From: Leidyana gryllorum EB-2025a
Taxonomy: Eukaryota; Protista; Apicomplexa
Direction of reading: 5' to 3'
NCBI GenBank assembly: GCA_048772705.1
Contig: JBLWGC010000081.1
Coordinates: forward strand, 15,566-79,565
Length of the DNA stretch: 64,000 nucleotides
In this document: positions 10,101 to 20,573 of the stretch, in pieces
Layout: each line of letters starts with the position of its first letter
Numbering within the stretch: position 1 is the stretch's first letter
The notes under the pieces: generated by a model
Told to the model about the DNA's origin: nothing
Databases searched by the model: none
Seen by the model: only the letters and a program-made list of their open reading frames with translations
Translations under genes and position numbers: made by a program

Positions 10101-10533
10101 GACTGGTCGGTGGTGCAATCCGCGGGTAGAGTCGAGAGAGTGGTCATGCTATGTTGACAACCGATAAATGCGATGGGGACTGCACGTCGGGCGACTGGCT
10201 CAGATGGTAGAGCGCTCGCTTAGCATGCGAAAGGTATGGGATCGATGTCCAGATCGTCCAAACTTCGTACGGCCGCACCTGCCGCTATGTATTTACCGAG
10301 TTGAGAGCCTTTGATTGTGCCCTGTAGCCCTTGGATAGACTTTGGCATCGCAATACGGTCTAGGGTGCCTGAGACCGCGGACCTGCGACTTAGTATTTAA
10401 CAATCACACGCTTTGCCCACTGCGCTACAAGAGCCAGTTGAATATTTTGGAGGTTAGTAGAAAAACCCGTTTTGCATGTGTGGGGAAGCTCTAGTCCGGA
10501 TGGCTCTATCAACTCTTTGAGAAGGGCTAAATC

Positions 10534-10605
10534 GGTTGCGTGGTGTAGTGGTTAGCACTGGAGACTTTGAATCTCCCGACCTGGGTTCGATTCCCGGCGC
10601 GACCT
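10534..10605 (+). tRNA. trnQ: tRNA-Gln(TTG)
   Basis: Intact, loop CTTTGAA. Confidence 0.93.
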
Positions 10606-10668
10606 TGAAACTAGTCCTCACTACTTCGTGAAACCTCCCCACTTGCTTTGGTCTGCGGGACCTGCCGT

Positions 10669-10741
10669 GCAGCCATGGTCTAGTGGTTACGACGTCTGCT
10701 TCACACGCAGAAGGTCCCGAGTTCGATCCTCGGTGGCTGTA
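10669..10741 (+). tRNA. trnV: tRNA-Val(CAC)
   Basis: Intact. Confidence 0.92.
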
Positions 10742-10959
10742 GCTCGCAACTTTCAGCGAGAACCAAAGGACAGAATCTTAAGCGAAACCACCTGCGTTTC
10801 GAGCCCGGGAATCGAACCCGGGTCTTCCGCGTGACAGGCGGAGACACTAACCACTATACTAACTCGGACCCTCTGAACACGCCGGCCTCCAATCCCAGAA
10901 GTCTTTTTATTTCGGCTCACGAACAAAAAAAGCGTGGAGGGACGAACCAAGAGCACTCC

Positions 10960-11038
10960 GGCAAGATGGCCGAGTAGTCTAAGGCGCTGTGTTTAGGCCG
11001 CAGTCCGAAAGGGCGTGGGTTCGAAGCCACGCTTGTCA
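10960..11038 (+). pseudogene. trnL: tRNA-Leu(TAG), damaged
   Basis: Loop TTTAGGC; T-arm deletion. Confidence 0.68.
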
Positions 11039-11096
11039 GCCGTTGTATCGGCTCGATCAGCCACTGGATGCAATAGATCTTCCATTTAGAGCGGAT

Positions 11097-11169
11097 GGGC
11101 GGCTAGCTCAGATGGTGGAGCGCTCGCTTTGCATGCGAGAGGTACTGGGATCGATACCCAGGTCGTCCA
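11097..11169 (+). tRNA. trnA: tRNA-Ala(TGC)
   Basis: Near-intact. Confidence 0.87.
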
Positions 11170-11258
11170 AACTCCATGCAACTTTGGCTGCAGAGAAACG
11201 ACTGGCGCGTGGTCCAAAAATGTGAATGTTGATATTTCAATCTAGTCGAAAAGCCGCG

Positions 11259-11331
11259 GCCTACGTGGCGCAATGGATAGCGCGTTGGACTTCTAATCCA
11301 AAGGTTGCGAGTTCGAGTCTCGCCGTAGGTA
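11259..11331 (+). tRNA. trnR: tRNA-Arg(TCT), only copy seen
   Basis: Intact, GCCTACG/CGTAGGT acceptor, loop CTTCTAA. Confidence 0.93.
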
Positions 11332-11555
11332 GCCAAATGCTCAGCACTTTACTTCGATGATTTGGCTGACTAGCTGCCTTGGCTGAGGAATGTTGTCCAC
11401 TGTAGTCTGAGTGGCTAGGATATGCGGCCTCACCCGCAAGCTCCGGGCTCAAGTCCGGCAGTGGAAGTCAGTGGTTGAAGTCAGTGGAATACTTGAGCAA
11501 AGTGCCTCACTAATCCCCGTCAATAGTGACTGATTCTTGATCTTCGGCCTGGATT

Positions 11556-11627
11556 GCCTTCTTAGCTTAGGGGCAGAGGATTCGCTTAGTAAGCGAAAGG
11601 TCGCCGGTTCGATTCCGGCAGAAGGCT
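11556..11627 (+). tRNA. trnT: tRNA-Thr(AGT)
   Basis: One D-stem mismatch. Confidence 0.83.
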
Positions 11628-11719
11628 CGACTGCATCGATTAGGCACCTGCAAGCGGTAAGTCCCTTAGCCACGAAGCCGCAGGTTTGGAACCTGCCAGT
11701 ACCTGAGGCACCCACAGGG

Positions 11720-11791
11720 GGCTGTTTGGTCTAGTGGTATGATTCTTCCTTCGGGTGGAAGAAGTCCTGGGTTCGACTCCCAGAACAGCCC
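11720..11791 (+). tRNA. trnP: tRNA-Pro(CGG)
   Basis: Intact. Confidence 0.9.
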
Positions 11792-11905
11792 GTCTGATAG
11801 TTGTTGACGCAACAAGGCACTCGCCCCATCCCGAGACAATGTCCCTGACAGCTAAGACAGGATCTGAGTTGTTGACTCAACAGGCTACAACCCGACCATT
11901 CGCCC

Positions 11906-11978
11906 AGACGCTACTGGGACTCGAACCCAAAATCCCCGGTTCCGTAGACCGATGCCATATCCATTAGGCCATAGCGCC
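11906..11978 (-). tRNA. trnR: tRNA-Arg(ACG)
   Basis: Loop CTACGGA. Confidence 0.88.
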
Positions 11979-12514
11979 GACTAACGGAGCCGTCAAATGG
12001 AAGTGTGTAGCGATCCAGAGAGGACATGGGCAGCTACGCCCGATCGTGGGTTTGGACAGGCTTCACCTACATCTCCCATTCGAGACATCGGTGGCCATAC
12101 TATCCAAGCCAGGATTCGGGCCTGGGTATGCACGGCCACAACTTGCTGTTGTAAGCACCAGACGACCCGGACGATCTTCAAGTGAGGCTGGTATGTCGGC
12201 GTGACCAAGTGAGTGGATCTCTGATACAAATTCGGACTTAGTAACCAATTCCATTTGTATTGATCGTGGAATCCTGTGCCTTCCTCGGTACGGGGCGAGC
12301 TTCCTTGCCGCCCCAACTCCGTCGGTAGAGCGCAAGACTTTTGAAGGGAGAACCGCGGGTTCGGGCGGCGCGAGCAGTCCTAGTAAAGCTCGCTGAATCG
12401 TATGTGAAGCCACTGGCCGCAAAATGCCAACTTCGACAGCGGCAACTTCCCCGAGTGGTTAAGGTTTCCACCCTGATCGATGCTTCGCTACATCTACAGC
12501 CTCGCTCAAAGATT

Positions 12515-12586
12515 GTCCGAGTCGTCTGGTGGTTAGGACAGCACGTTGTGGCCGTGCAAACCCAGGCTCGATTCCTGTCTCGGACA
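12515..12586 (+). tRNA. trnH: tRNA-His(GTG), mismatches
   Basis: Loop TTGTGGC. Confidence 0.72.
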
Positions 12587-12664
12587 AGCAGTCTAAGTGC
12601 ATTGCTCTTCGCCCCGGAATGTTGAAAATATCGTTGCAGCCATGGTCAAGTCTGCACGATCGGC

Positions 12665-12737
12665 TGCACCTGCCGGGACTCGAACCCGGATCGTGCGGGT
12701 GAAAGCCGCATATCCTAGCCACTTAGACTACAGTGGA
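12665..12737 (-). pseudogene. Chimeric tRNA: Glu(TTC) 5' part with Gly-type 3' end
   Basis: TCCACTG 5' strand but CAGGTGCA 3' strand. Confidence 0.78.
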
Positions 12738-12919
12738 CAAGTGCTTGAGTTGAGGCTTCGGCCGAGAGCCGTACCGTCTTGGAAATCAGTGGTACCCAGC
12801 TCGTGCAATCTTACCGGAACTCGAGTGTGGCACCTTGGACCACCCCGAAATCCGTGCCGTACTTCTGACACTGTTGAAGGTTTGAGGTTGAGCCTTCGAA
12901 TCTCGCAGCAGTTGGACGA

Positions 12920-12999
12920 CCGGGGGTAGCTCAGTTGGTAGAGCATCTGACTGTAGTGCTGGCATCAGATAGTCGGCGGTTCGATTCCGTCCCACCGGA
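12920..12999 (+). tRNA. trnY: tRNA-Tyr(GTA) with 7-nt intron
   Basis: CTGTAG-tgctggc-ATCAGA, C1-G72. Confidence 0.88.
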
Positions 13000-13187
13000 A
13001 GTAGAGTGGTGGTTGGCAGACTACTACTCAACCTGATGGGTTTTGCAGACATCGTTGATGGGCCAACTGGAATGAATCTGGCGGAGATTCCATGCATATA
13101 CAACTCAAATCTTGTCTCAGCTGTCGGAGCAGCATATCTTAGACAACCTTGAAGAGACGTGGCGTATTGAGTCAACAACTGACAGAC

Positions 13188-13259
13188 GGGCTGTTCTGGG
13201 AATCGAACCCAGGACTTCTTCCACCCAAAGGAAGAATCATACCACTAGACCAAACAGCC
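13188..13259 (-). tRNA. trnP: tRNA-Pro(TGG)
   Basis: Intact, loop TTTGGGT. Confidence 0.92.
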
Positions 13260-13496
13260 GACTGGTCGGTGGTGCAAATTGCTGGTAGAGTCGGGACACT
13301 GGTCATAATATGTCAAGAACCACTAAATGCTATGGTATCTGCAAAGCGGGCGACTAGCTCAAATGACATAGCACTCGCTTAACATGCGAGAGATACTGGG
13401 ATCGATGCCCAGGTCGTCCAAGCCTCTAACGGCTGCACCCGCGGTATATGAAAACAGAGTCACGACCGAAGGGAGTTGATGCCCGATCACATCGCA

Positions 13497-13578
13497 CGAC
13501 AACTGCTGGATTAGAACCAGCGCGGGCCAGGCCCAGTAGATTTCGAGTCTACCCCCTTAACCACTCGGGCAAGTTGCC
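13497..13578 (-). tRNA. trnS: tRNA-Ser(CGA), T-loop variant
   Basis: Loop CTCGAAA. Confidence 0.8.
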
Positions 13579-13779
13579 AACGGTAGAACTCGGCATGCCG
13601 CAGGCAGTTGCTTCACATACGGTTCAGCAGCTTGACTCGGACCGCTCGCGCTGTCCGAACCCGCGGTCTCTCCATTGAAAGTCTTGCGCTCTACCGACGG
13701 AGCTGGCGCGGCAAGGAAGCTTGGACTTGGTAAAAAGTTCCTTTCGTATTGGCAACTCTTTATCAAAGATCCACTCACT

Positions 13780-13853
13780 TGGTCACGCCCGGCCTCAAAC
13801 CGGGGACCTTGAGCTTATTAGGCTCACGCTCTAACCGACTGAGCTACGCGACC
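13780..13853 (-). tRNA. trnI: tRNA-Ile(AAT), damaged T-loop
   Basis: Loop CTAATAA. Confidence 0.72.
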
Positions 13854-14472
13854 ACTTCTGCGACGACACTCGGCACCGGTTCGAGAACCTTTTGCCTCTG
13901 CTTGCCGCGGTATTGGATCGATATCCAGAATGTCACCTCGGACCACCCCGGAATCTGAGTCTCACTTCTGAGCTTAAGAGCTTGAAGTGCCACTATTGAA
14001 GATCTGAGGTTGAGCCTCAGTTCAATCATTGAAGCAGTTGCGCTCTCCCCGAGTGCCACGGACAATGGTGAGATTTAAACTCACGTGGGTGAAACCCAAC
14101 GGCTTAGCAAGCCGCCGCCTCAAACACTGTGCCACCTTGCCGAGAGTGCAACGGATCACACGTTCCCTCGGGACTCCCATGCGAATTGTCAGTGGTGTGG
14201 GAACAACCCCTACTCCATGTCAGTATTAGGCTCTGAAATAACTGTTCGGCCGGGCGGACGAGGCCAATCAGGTGCTTTGCTCAGCACATCAGTCGACTAC
14301 TTGGTCCAGTGATTGCTTACCTCAACTCTGCGTATTTTCGGTCAGTTAAATGGTGAGCCCAATAAGTCCAAGTTTGCGGTTGAGCCCCGCCCCGACCAGG
14401 CGGGTGTGTTGTGGATACAGCATCACGTGCACCCTTTTGACAGGAGGAGATGCATCGAGAGAAGTTTCAGTA

Positions 14473-14545
14473 GGGAGTGTAGCGCAGTCGGTAGCGCGTA
14501 GGTCTCATAATCCTGAAGTCGAGAGTTCAATCCTCTCCACTCCCA
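14473..14545 (+). tRNA. trnM: tRNA-Met(CAT), elongator
   Basis: Intact. Confidence 0.92.
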
Positions 14546-14898
14546 CGGTCGGAATCGGAACCGCCGACAAACTCATCATGCTATCATTTTCCATCCGTCG
14601 GGAGTCGCACACGGGTTATCTCGATGGCAGCGAGCGACTCTTGCACTAGACCACAGATGCAGAACACGATCTTGTGAATCTTGTACGTGGTGACAGCCAT
14701 TCCTTATAAGCCTATCGATGCATCAAAGCCATCGAACCGGCGACTTCTCGCTTACGAAGCGAACGCTCTGCCCCTAAGCTAAGAAGGCAACTTAGCTGGA
14801 GAATCATGTGTCAGTTGTATCGACGAAAGTTAGCCGGATGCTACGTGCGCGGCGGGCAGTGCTGGGATCCAGTCGCAGGTTGTCCTGACTACAACGGC

Positions 14899-14978
14899 TG
14901 ACAAGAGTGGGATTCGAACCCACGCCCTTTCGGACTGCGGCCTGAACACAGCGCCTTAGACCACTCGGCCATCTTGCC
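14899..14978 (-). tRNA. trnL: tRNA-Leu(CAG)
   Basis: Intact, loop TTCAGGC. Confidence 0.92.
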
Positions 14979-15332
14979 GCAGTCTTGTTGGTTCGTCGCT
15001 CCACGCGGTTTTTTGTCCGTGAGCCGAAATAGAAAGACTTCTGGGATTGGCGACCGGCGTGTTCCGGGCGTCCGAGTTAGTATAGTGGTTAGTGTCGCCG
15101 CCTGCCACGCGGAACACCCGGGATCGATTCCCGGTCTCGAAACGCAGGTGGTTTTGCCAAAGATTCTCTCCTTTGGTTCTCGCTGAAAGTTGCAAGCTAC
15201 AGCCACAGAGGATCGAACTCGGGACCTTCTGCGTGCAAAGCAGACGTCGTAACCACTAGACCATTGCTGCACGGATAGTCCCCGCAGCCCAAGAGAAGTG
15301 GCGAAATTTGAAGGTACGGAGGACCAGTGCCA

Positions 15333-15404
15333 AGGTCGCGCCGGGAATCGAACCCAGGTCGGGAGATTCAAAGTCTCCAGTGCTAACCACTACACCACGC
15401 AACC
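15333..15404 (-). tRNA. trnQ: tRNA-Gln(TTG)
   Basis: Intact. Confidence 0.93.
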
Positions 15405-15562
15405 GGTTCAGCCCATCCCAAAAGAGGCGGTAGAGCCATCCGGACTAGCGCTCCGTCAACTGGACACATGCAACACGCGACTGGCAGGTTCCAAACCTGC
15501 GACTTCGTGGCTACGATGATTGGAGTTGCGATAAGCTTGCAGGTGCCCATTCGATGCAGTCG

Positions 15563-15634
15563 AGCCTTCTGCCGGAATCGAACCGGCGACCTTTCGCTTA
15601 CTAAGCGAATGCTCTGCCCCTAAGCTAAGAAGGC
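15563..15634 (-). tRNA. trnT: tRNA-Thr(AGT)
   Basis: Intact. Confidence 0.92.
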
Positions 15635-15710
15635 AATGCAAGCCAAAGATCACGAATCAGTCACTATTGACGGAGGTTACTGGAGCACTTTGCTCGAATG
15701 GTCCAATGAC

Positions 15711-15783
15711 TTCCACTGCCGGGACTTGAACCCGGATCGTGCGGGTGAAAGCCGCATATCCTAGCCACTTAGACTACAGTGGA
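15711..15783 (-). tRNA. trnE: tRNA-Glu(TTC)
   Basis: Intact. Confidence 0.93.
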
Positions 15784-15900
15784 CAACTCAATCAGCTGCA
15801 GCTTTAGCCAAGAGCTGTACCCTCTTGACAAGACGTGATTGCAGAATCCTGCGGTAGAAAAAGGAGGATCTCTATACTAACCTCTGAACCATTGTAGCTG

Positions 15901-15973
15901 GGTCTTGTAGCTCAGTCGGCAGAACGTGTGGCTGTTAACCACAAAGTCGCAGGTTCGAAACCTGCCAGGACCG
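15901..15973 (+). tRNA. trnN: tRNA-Asn(GTT)
   Basis: One D-stem mismatch. Confidence 0.83.
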
Positions 15974-16088
15974 GTTTCAGAGGCACACTAAACACTGACT
16001 GCGCTGCTCTCCCAATGGCACTTGTGGTCTGCGACCCTTCAAAGATGTAAGTTTGTTTGGATCCCCCCACGTGCAGCCGTACGTACTT

Positions 16089-16161
16089 TGGACGACCTGG
16101 GTATCAATCCCAATACCTCTCGCATGCGAAGCGAGCGCTCTACCATCTGAGCTAGCCGCCC
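16089..16161 (-). tRNA. trnA: tRNA-Ala(CGC), T-arm variant
   Basis: Loop TTCGCAT. Confidence 0.75.
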
Positions 16162-16229
16162 ATCCGCTCATCCGCTCTACATGGAAGACCTATTGCATCC
16201 AGTGGCTGACCGAGGGCCGATACAACGGC

Positions 16230-16309
16230 TGACAAGAGTGGGATCCGAACCCACGCCCTTTCGGACGGCGGCCTTAACACAGCGCCTTGGACCACTCGGC
16301 CATCTTGCC
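16230..16309 (-). tRNA. trnL: tRNA-Leu(AAG), damaged
   Basis: Loop TTAAGGC. Confidence 0.7.
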
Positions 16310-16480
16310 GGAGTGTTCTTGGCTCGCCACTTTACACGTTTTCTGTTCGCGAGGTCTCGAGAAGGGAGGCTTTTGGGGTTGAAGATGTCGTTCTGGGTGC
16401 GGTGTACCGCCCCGAAGTACTATCACGGCCCGGGGTGCTTACATTACAACCCATCTGCAGGTGCCCATTCGATGCAGTCG

Positions 16481-16552
16481 AGCCTTCTGCCGGAATCGAA
16501 CCGGCGACCTTTCGCTTACTAAGCGAATGCTCTGCCCCTAAGCTAAGAAGGC
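16481..16552 (-). tRNA. trnT: tRNA-Thr(AGT)
   Basis: Intact. Confidence 0.92.
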
Positions 16553-16628
16553 AATGCAAGCCAAAGATCACGAATCAGTCACTATTGACGGAGGTTACTG
16601 GAGCACTTTGCTCGAATGGTCGAATGAC

Positions 16629-16701
16629 TTCCACTGCCGGGACTTGAACCCGGATCGTGCGGGTGAAAGCCGCATATCCTAGCCACTTAGACTACAGTGG
16701 A
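16629..16701 (-). tRNA. trnE: tRNA-Glu(TTC)
   Basis: Intact. Confidence 0.93.
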
Positions 16702-16818
16702 CAACTCAATCAGCTGCAGCTTTAGCCAAGAGCTGTACCCTCTTGACAAGACGTGATTGCAGAATCCTGCGGTAGAAAAAGGAGGATCTCTATACTAACC
16801 TCTGAACCATTGTAGCTG

Positions 16819-16891
16819 GGTCTTGTAGCTCAGTCGGCAGAACGTGTGGCTGTTAACCACAAAGTCGCAGGTTCGAAACCTGCCAGGACCG
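16819..16891 (+). tRNA. trnN: tRNA-Asn(GTT)
   Basis: Same as 15901 copy. Confidence 0.83.
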
Positions 16892-17004
16892 GTTTCAGAG
16901 GCACACTAAACACTGACTGCGCTGCTCTCCCAATGGCACTTGTGGTGCGACCCTTCAAAGATGTAAGTTTGTTTGGATCCCCCCACGTGCAGCCGTACGT
17001 ACTT

Positions 17005-17077
17005 TGGACGACCTGGGTATCAATCCCAATACCTCTCGCATGCAAAGCGAGCGCTCTACCATCTGAGCTAGCCGCCC
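17005..17077 (-). tRNA. trnA: tRNA-Ala(TGC), T-arm variant
   Basis: Loop TTTGCAT. Confidence 0.75.
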
Positions 17078-17137
17078 ATCCGCTCTACATGGAAAACCTT
17101 CTGCAACCAGTGGCTGACCGAGTGCCGATACAACGGC

Positions 17138-17217
17138 TGACAAGAGTGGGATTCGAACCCACGCCCTTTCGGACTGCGGCCTTAACACAGCGCCTTAGAC
17201 CACTCGGCCATCTTGCC
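17138..17217 (-). tRNA. trnL: tRNA-Leu(AAG)
   Basis: Intact. Confidence 0.92.
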
Positions 17218-17434
17218 GAAGTGTTCTTGGCTCGCCACTTTACACGTTTTCTGTCCGTGGAATCTCAAAATGGAAGAAGTTCTGGGGTTGGAGGCCGGCG
17301 TATCCAGAGCGTCCGAGATAGTACAGCGCTTAGGATTTCCGCCTATCACGCGGAAGACCAGGGTCGATTCCCGGTCTCGGAGCACAGTTCGTTTTTCCGC
17401 TTCAGATTTCCTGTGCTCAGATAAAGTTGCGAGC

Positions 17435-17507
17435 TACAGCCACCGAGGATCGAACTCGGGACCTTCTGCGTGTGAAGCAGACGTCGTAACCACCAGACCA
17501 TGGCTGC
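17435..17507 (-). tRNA. trnV: tRNA-Val(CAC)
   Basis: Near-intact. Confidence 0.86.
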
Positions 17508-17627
17508 GCGGAGCTTTCGGACTGTGAAAGGGGCGTGTGTCTCTGGAAACAGGTATCTGATGAGGGGCGAAAACCACGGAATGCTATGAGGTCTGCACAG
17601 CGGGCGACTAGCTCAACAAGATATTAT

Positions 17628-17698
17628 GCATCTGTGGTCTAGTGGTAGAATGTCTCGTTGCCATCGAGACGACCCGGGTTCGATTCCCGGCAGATGCA
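17628..17698 (+). tRNA. trnG: tRNA-Gly(GCC)
   Basis: Intact. Confidence 0.94.
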
Positions 17699-17954
17699 AA
17701 AGACACAGTTGGTTTTCCCACCATTCCAGGGATTCACGCTTGAGTTGGTGTCTGACCCCTCCGATCACATCGCACGATAACTGCTGGATCTGCACCAGCC
17801 CGGCCCAGGGCCTGTAGAGATCAAATCTTCTCCCCTTCCCCACTCGGGCAAGTTGGCAACTGTCGAACTTAGTAACAGATTCCATCCGTATTCGTCGTAG
17901 AATGTTGGGGCTTCTTCGGGTCGAGGGCAACTCTGTATCACAGATCCACTCCCT

Positions 17955-18028
17955 TGGTCACGACCGGGCTCGAACCGGGGACCTTGAGCTTATTAGGCTC
18001 ACGCTCTAACCGACTGAGCTACGTGACC
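17955..18028 (-). tRNA. trnI: tRNA-Ile(AAT)
   Basis: Near-intact. Confidence 0.85.
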
Positions 18029-18147
18029 ACCTCCGACGACAGATGGCACCGATTCACTTACTTGATGCCTCTGCGTCGCCACTGCAATCCTTAGCATGTA
18101 CTGCTGGTGTTTTGAGCCCAGCCGCCTACTCCGATGATCGCAGCACA

Positions 18148-18229
18148 CGACAACTGCTGGATTTGAACCAGCGCGGGCCGGGCCCAGTAGATTTCTAGTC
18201 TACCCCCTTAACCACTCAGGGAAGTTGCC
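18148..18229 (-). tRNA. trnS: tRNA-Ser(AGA), D-arm mismatches
   Basis: Loop CTAGAAA. Confidence 0.75.
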
Positions 18230-18692
18230 GCTGTCGAAGTTGGCATTTTGCGGCCAGTGGCTTCACATACGATTCAGCGAGCTTTACTAGGACTGCTCGC
18301 GCCGCCCGAACCCGCGGTTCTCCCTTCAAAAGTCTTGCGCTCTACCGACGGAGTTGGGGCGGCAAGGAAGCTCGCCCCGTACCCGAGGAAGGCACAGGAT
18401 TGCACGATCAATACAAATGGAATTGGTTACTAAGTCCGAATTTGTATCAGACATCCACTCACTTGGTCACGCCGACATACCAGCCTCACTTGAAGATCGT
18501 CCGGGTCGTCTAGTGCTTACAACAGCAAGTTGTGGCCGTGCATACCCAGGCCCGAATCCTGGCTTGGATAGTATGTCCACCGATGTCTCGAATGGGAGAT
18601 GTAGGTGGAGCCTGTCCAAACCCACGATCGGGCGTAGCTGCCCATGTCCTCTCTGGATCGCTACACACTTCCATTTGACGGCTCCGTTAGTC

Positions 18693-18765
18693 GGCGCTAT
18701 GGCCTAATGGATATGGCATCGGTCTACGGAACGGGGGATTCTGGGTTCGAGTCCCAGTAGCGTCT
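18693..18765 (+). tRNA. trnR: tRNA-Arg(ACG)
   Basis: One anticodon-stem mismatch. Confidence 0.83.
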
Positions 18766-19026
18766 GGGCGGATGGCCGGGTTGCAGCCTGTTGAATCAAC
18801 AACTCAGATCCTGTCTTAGCTGTCCGGGATGGGTCGAGTGCCGTGTTGCGTCAACAACTATCAGACAGGCTGTCCTGGGAATCGAACCCAGGACTCCTTC
18901 CACCCTAAGGAAGGATCATACCACTAGACCAACCAGCCGCCTGTCGGTCGTGAAACCCGCTGAATACAGTGGAGAGAGTGGTCATACGATGTGGAGAACA
19001 AAAAAATGCGATGGAGTCTGCACAAT

Positions 19027-19099
19027 GGGCGACTAGCTCAAATGGTAGAGCGCTCGCTTAGCATGCGAGAGGTACTGGGATCGATGCCCAGGTCGTCCA
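19027..19099 (+). tRNA. trnA: tRNA-Ala(AGC)
   Basis: Intact. Confidence 0.93.
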
Positions 19100-19190
19100 A
19101 ACTTCGTAGTTTTCGACTGCCGGTATTTTTACGACCTTGGAAGGGTCCAAGAGCACAAGTGCCGTCTAGAGAGTACGGTGCCGCAGAACC

Positions 19191-19263
19191 CGGTCCTGGT
19201 AGGTTTCGAACCTGCGACTTTGTGGTTAACAGCCACACGCTCTGCCGACTGAGCTACCAGACC
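19191..19263 (-). tRNA. trnN: tRNA-Asn(GTT)
   Basis: Near-intact. Confidence 0.82.
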
Positions 19264-19385
19264 CAGTGACAATCTTTCAGAGGTTAGTAGAGAGATCCTT
19301 CATCTTCTACCGAAGAATTTTGCAGCCCTCTCAGGTCGTTATCGAGACCTGAGAGACCAGCCAAAAAAGCTTGAGCTCGTGAGCA

Positions 19386-19457
19386 AGCCTTCTGCCGGAA
19401 TCGAACCGGCGACCTTTCGCTTACTAAGCGAATGCTCTGCCCCTAAGCTAAGAAGGC
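19386..19457 (-). tRNA. trnT: tRNA-Thr(AGT)
   Basis: Intact. Confidence 0.92.
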
Positions 19458-19525
19458 AATACAAGCCGAAGATCACGAATCAGTTACTATTGACGGGGAT
19501 TACTGGAGCACTTTGCTCGAGTAAC

Positions 19526-19598
19526 TTCCACTGCCGGGACTTGAACCCGGATCGTGCGGGTGAAAGCCGCATATCCTAGCCACTTAGACTACAGTGGA
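19526..19598 (-). tRNA. trnE: tRNA-Glu(TTC)
   Basis: Intact. Confidence 0.93.
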
Positions 19599-19629
19599 CG
19601 AGCTCCCGAGATGACCGAAGCTTGTCTAT

Positions 19630-19702
19630 GGTGCGGTGGCCTAATGGATATGGCATCGGTCTTCGGAACCGGGAGTTGTGGGTTCGAGTCCCATCCGCAT
19701 CA
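19630..19702 (+). tRNA. trnR: tRNA-Arg(TCG)
   Basis: Loop CTTCGGA. Confidence 0.9.
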
Positions 19703-20501
19703 TAGCCTCGCACGCGGAAGACGTTCCGTTTCGACCGAGGCAAGCTTGCTAGCTGTATGGGGGCCACTGCTGCGGATGTCGAGTTGAAGTGCCCGTGATA
19801 TAATTTTCCTCCACTTGGAGGAAGTGCTCAATTCGATTCCCGAACAGTCAGTTTTTTAGTAGGTGCAGACAGCTCGACGCAGAAATCCCCCGAGTCTCTC
19901 GGGGTGCTGCGGCTGTGGCACAGGTTGTTGTGGTCTAAGGGTAAGATGCGACCCTTCCAAGGTCGTAACCCGGGTTCGAGTCCCGGCAGGTGCAGGCGTA
20001 TGTAGTTCGAACGACTGTCTATCAGTGAAGTGAGGGGACCGAGTGCCAACACAATACAACCGGCTGACAATAGTCGGATTCGAACCCACGACCTTTCGAA
20101 CTCCGGCCGTAACACAGCGCCCTAGACCACTCGGCCATCTTGCCGCCGTGTTCTTGGCTCGCCACATTGCACGTTTTGTGTCCGTGAAGTCTCGAGAAGG
20201 AAGACTTTTGGGGTTGAAGTCCGCCGCGTTGACGAGCGTCCGAGATGAAGTAGTGGTCAGTATTTCCGCCTGTCACGCGGAAGACTCGGATTCGATGCCC
20301 GGTTTCGGAGCACAGTTGATTCCGCTTAAGATTGTTTGTTTTGGTTGTCGCTGAAAGTTGCGAGCTTCAGCCACCGAGGATCGAACTCGGGACCTTCTGC
20401 GTGGTAAGCAGACGTCGTGACCACTACACCATGTCTGCGGCGAAGGTCCCGCAGACCAAGAGAAGTGGTGAGGTTTCACCAAAAAGTGAGGACTAGTTTC
20501 G

Positions 20502-20573
20502 AGGTTGCGCCGGGAATCGAACCTAGGTCGGGAGATTTAGAGTCTCCAGTGCTAACCACTACACCAAGTAACC
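20502..20573 (-). pseudogene. tRNA-Gln body with CTA (amber-reading) anticodon, stem mismatches
   Basis: rc GGAGA-CTCTAAA-TCTCC; two acceptor mismatches and one T-stem mismatch. Confidence 0.7.

Larger units (their letters stand above)
1860..14640. repeat. Older, diverged inverted duplication (~1860-2700 vs ~13780-14640; Met-Ser(GCT)-Ile module)
   Basis: Same gene order and spacers in reverse complement, with many substitutions. Confidence 0.75.
15538..17291. repeat. Tandem duplication, period ~918 bp (Thr-Glu-Asn-Ala-Leu)
   Basis: 15538-16381 repeated at 16456-17291, near-identical over most of its length. Confidence 0.92.
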
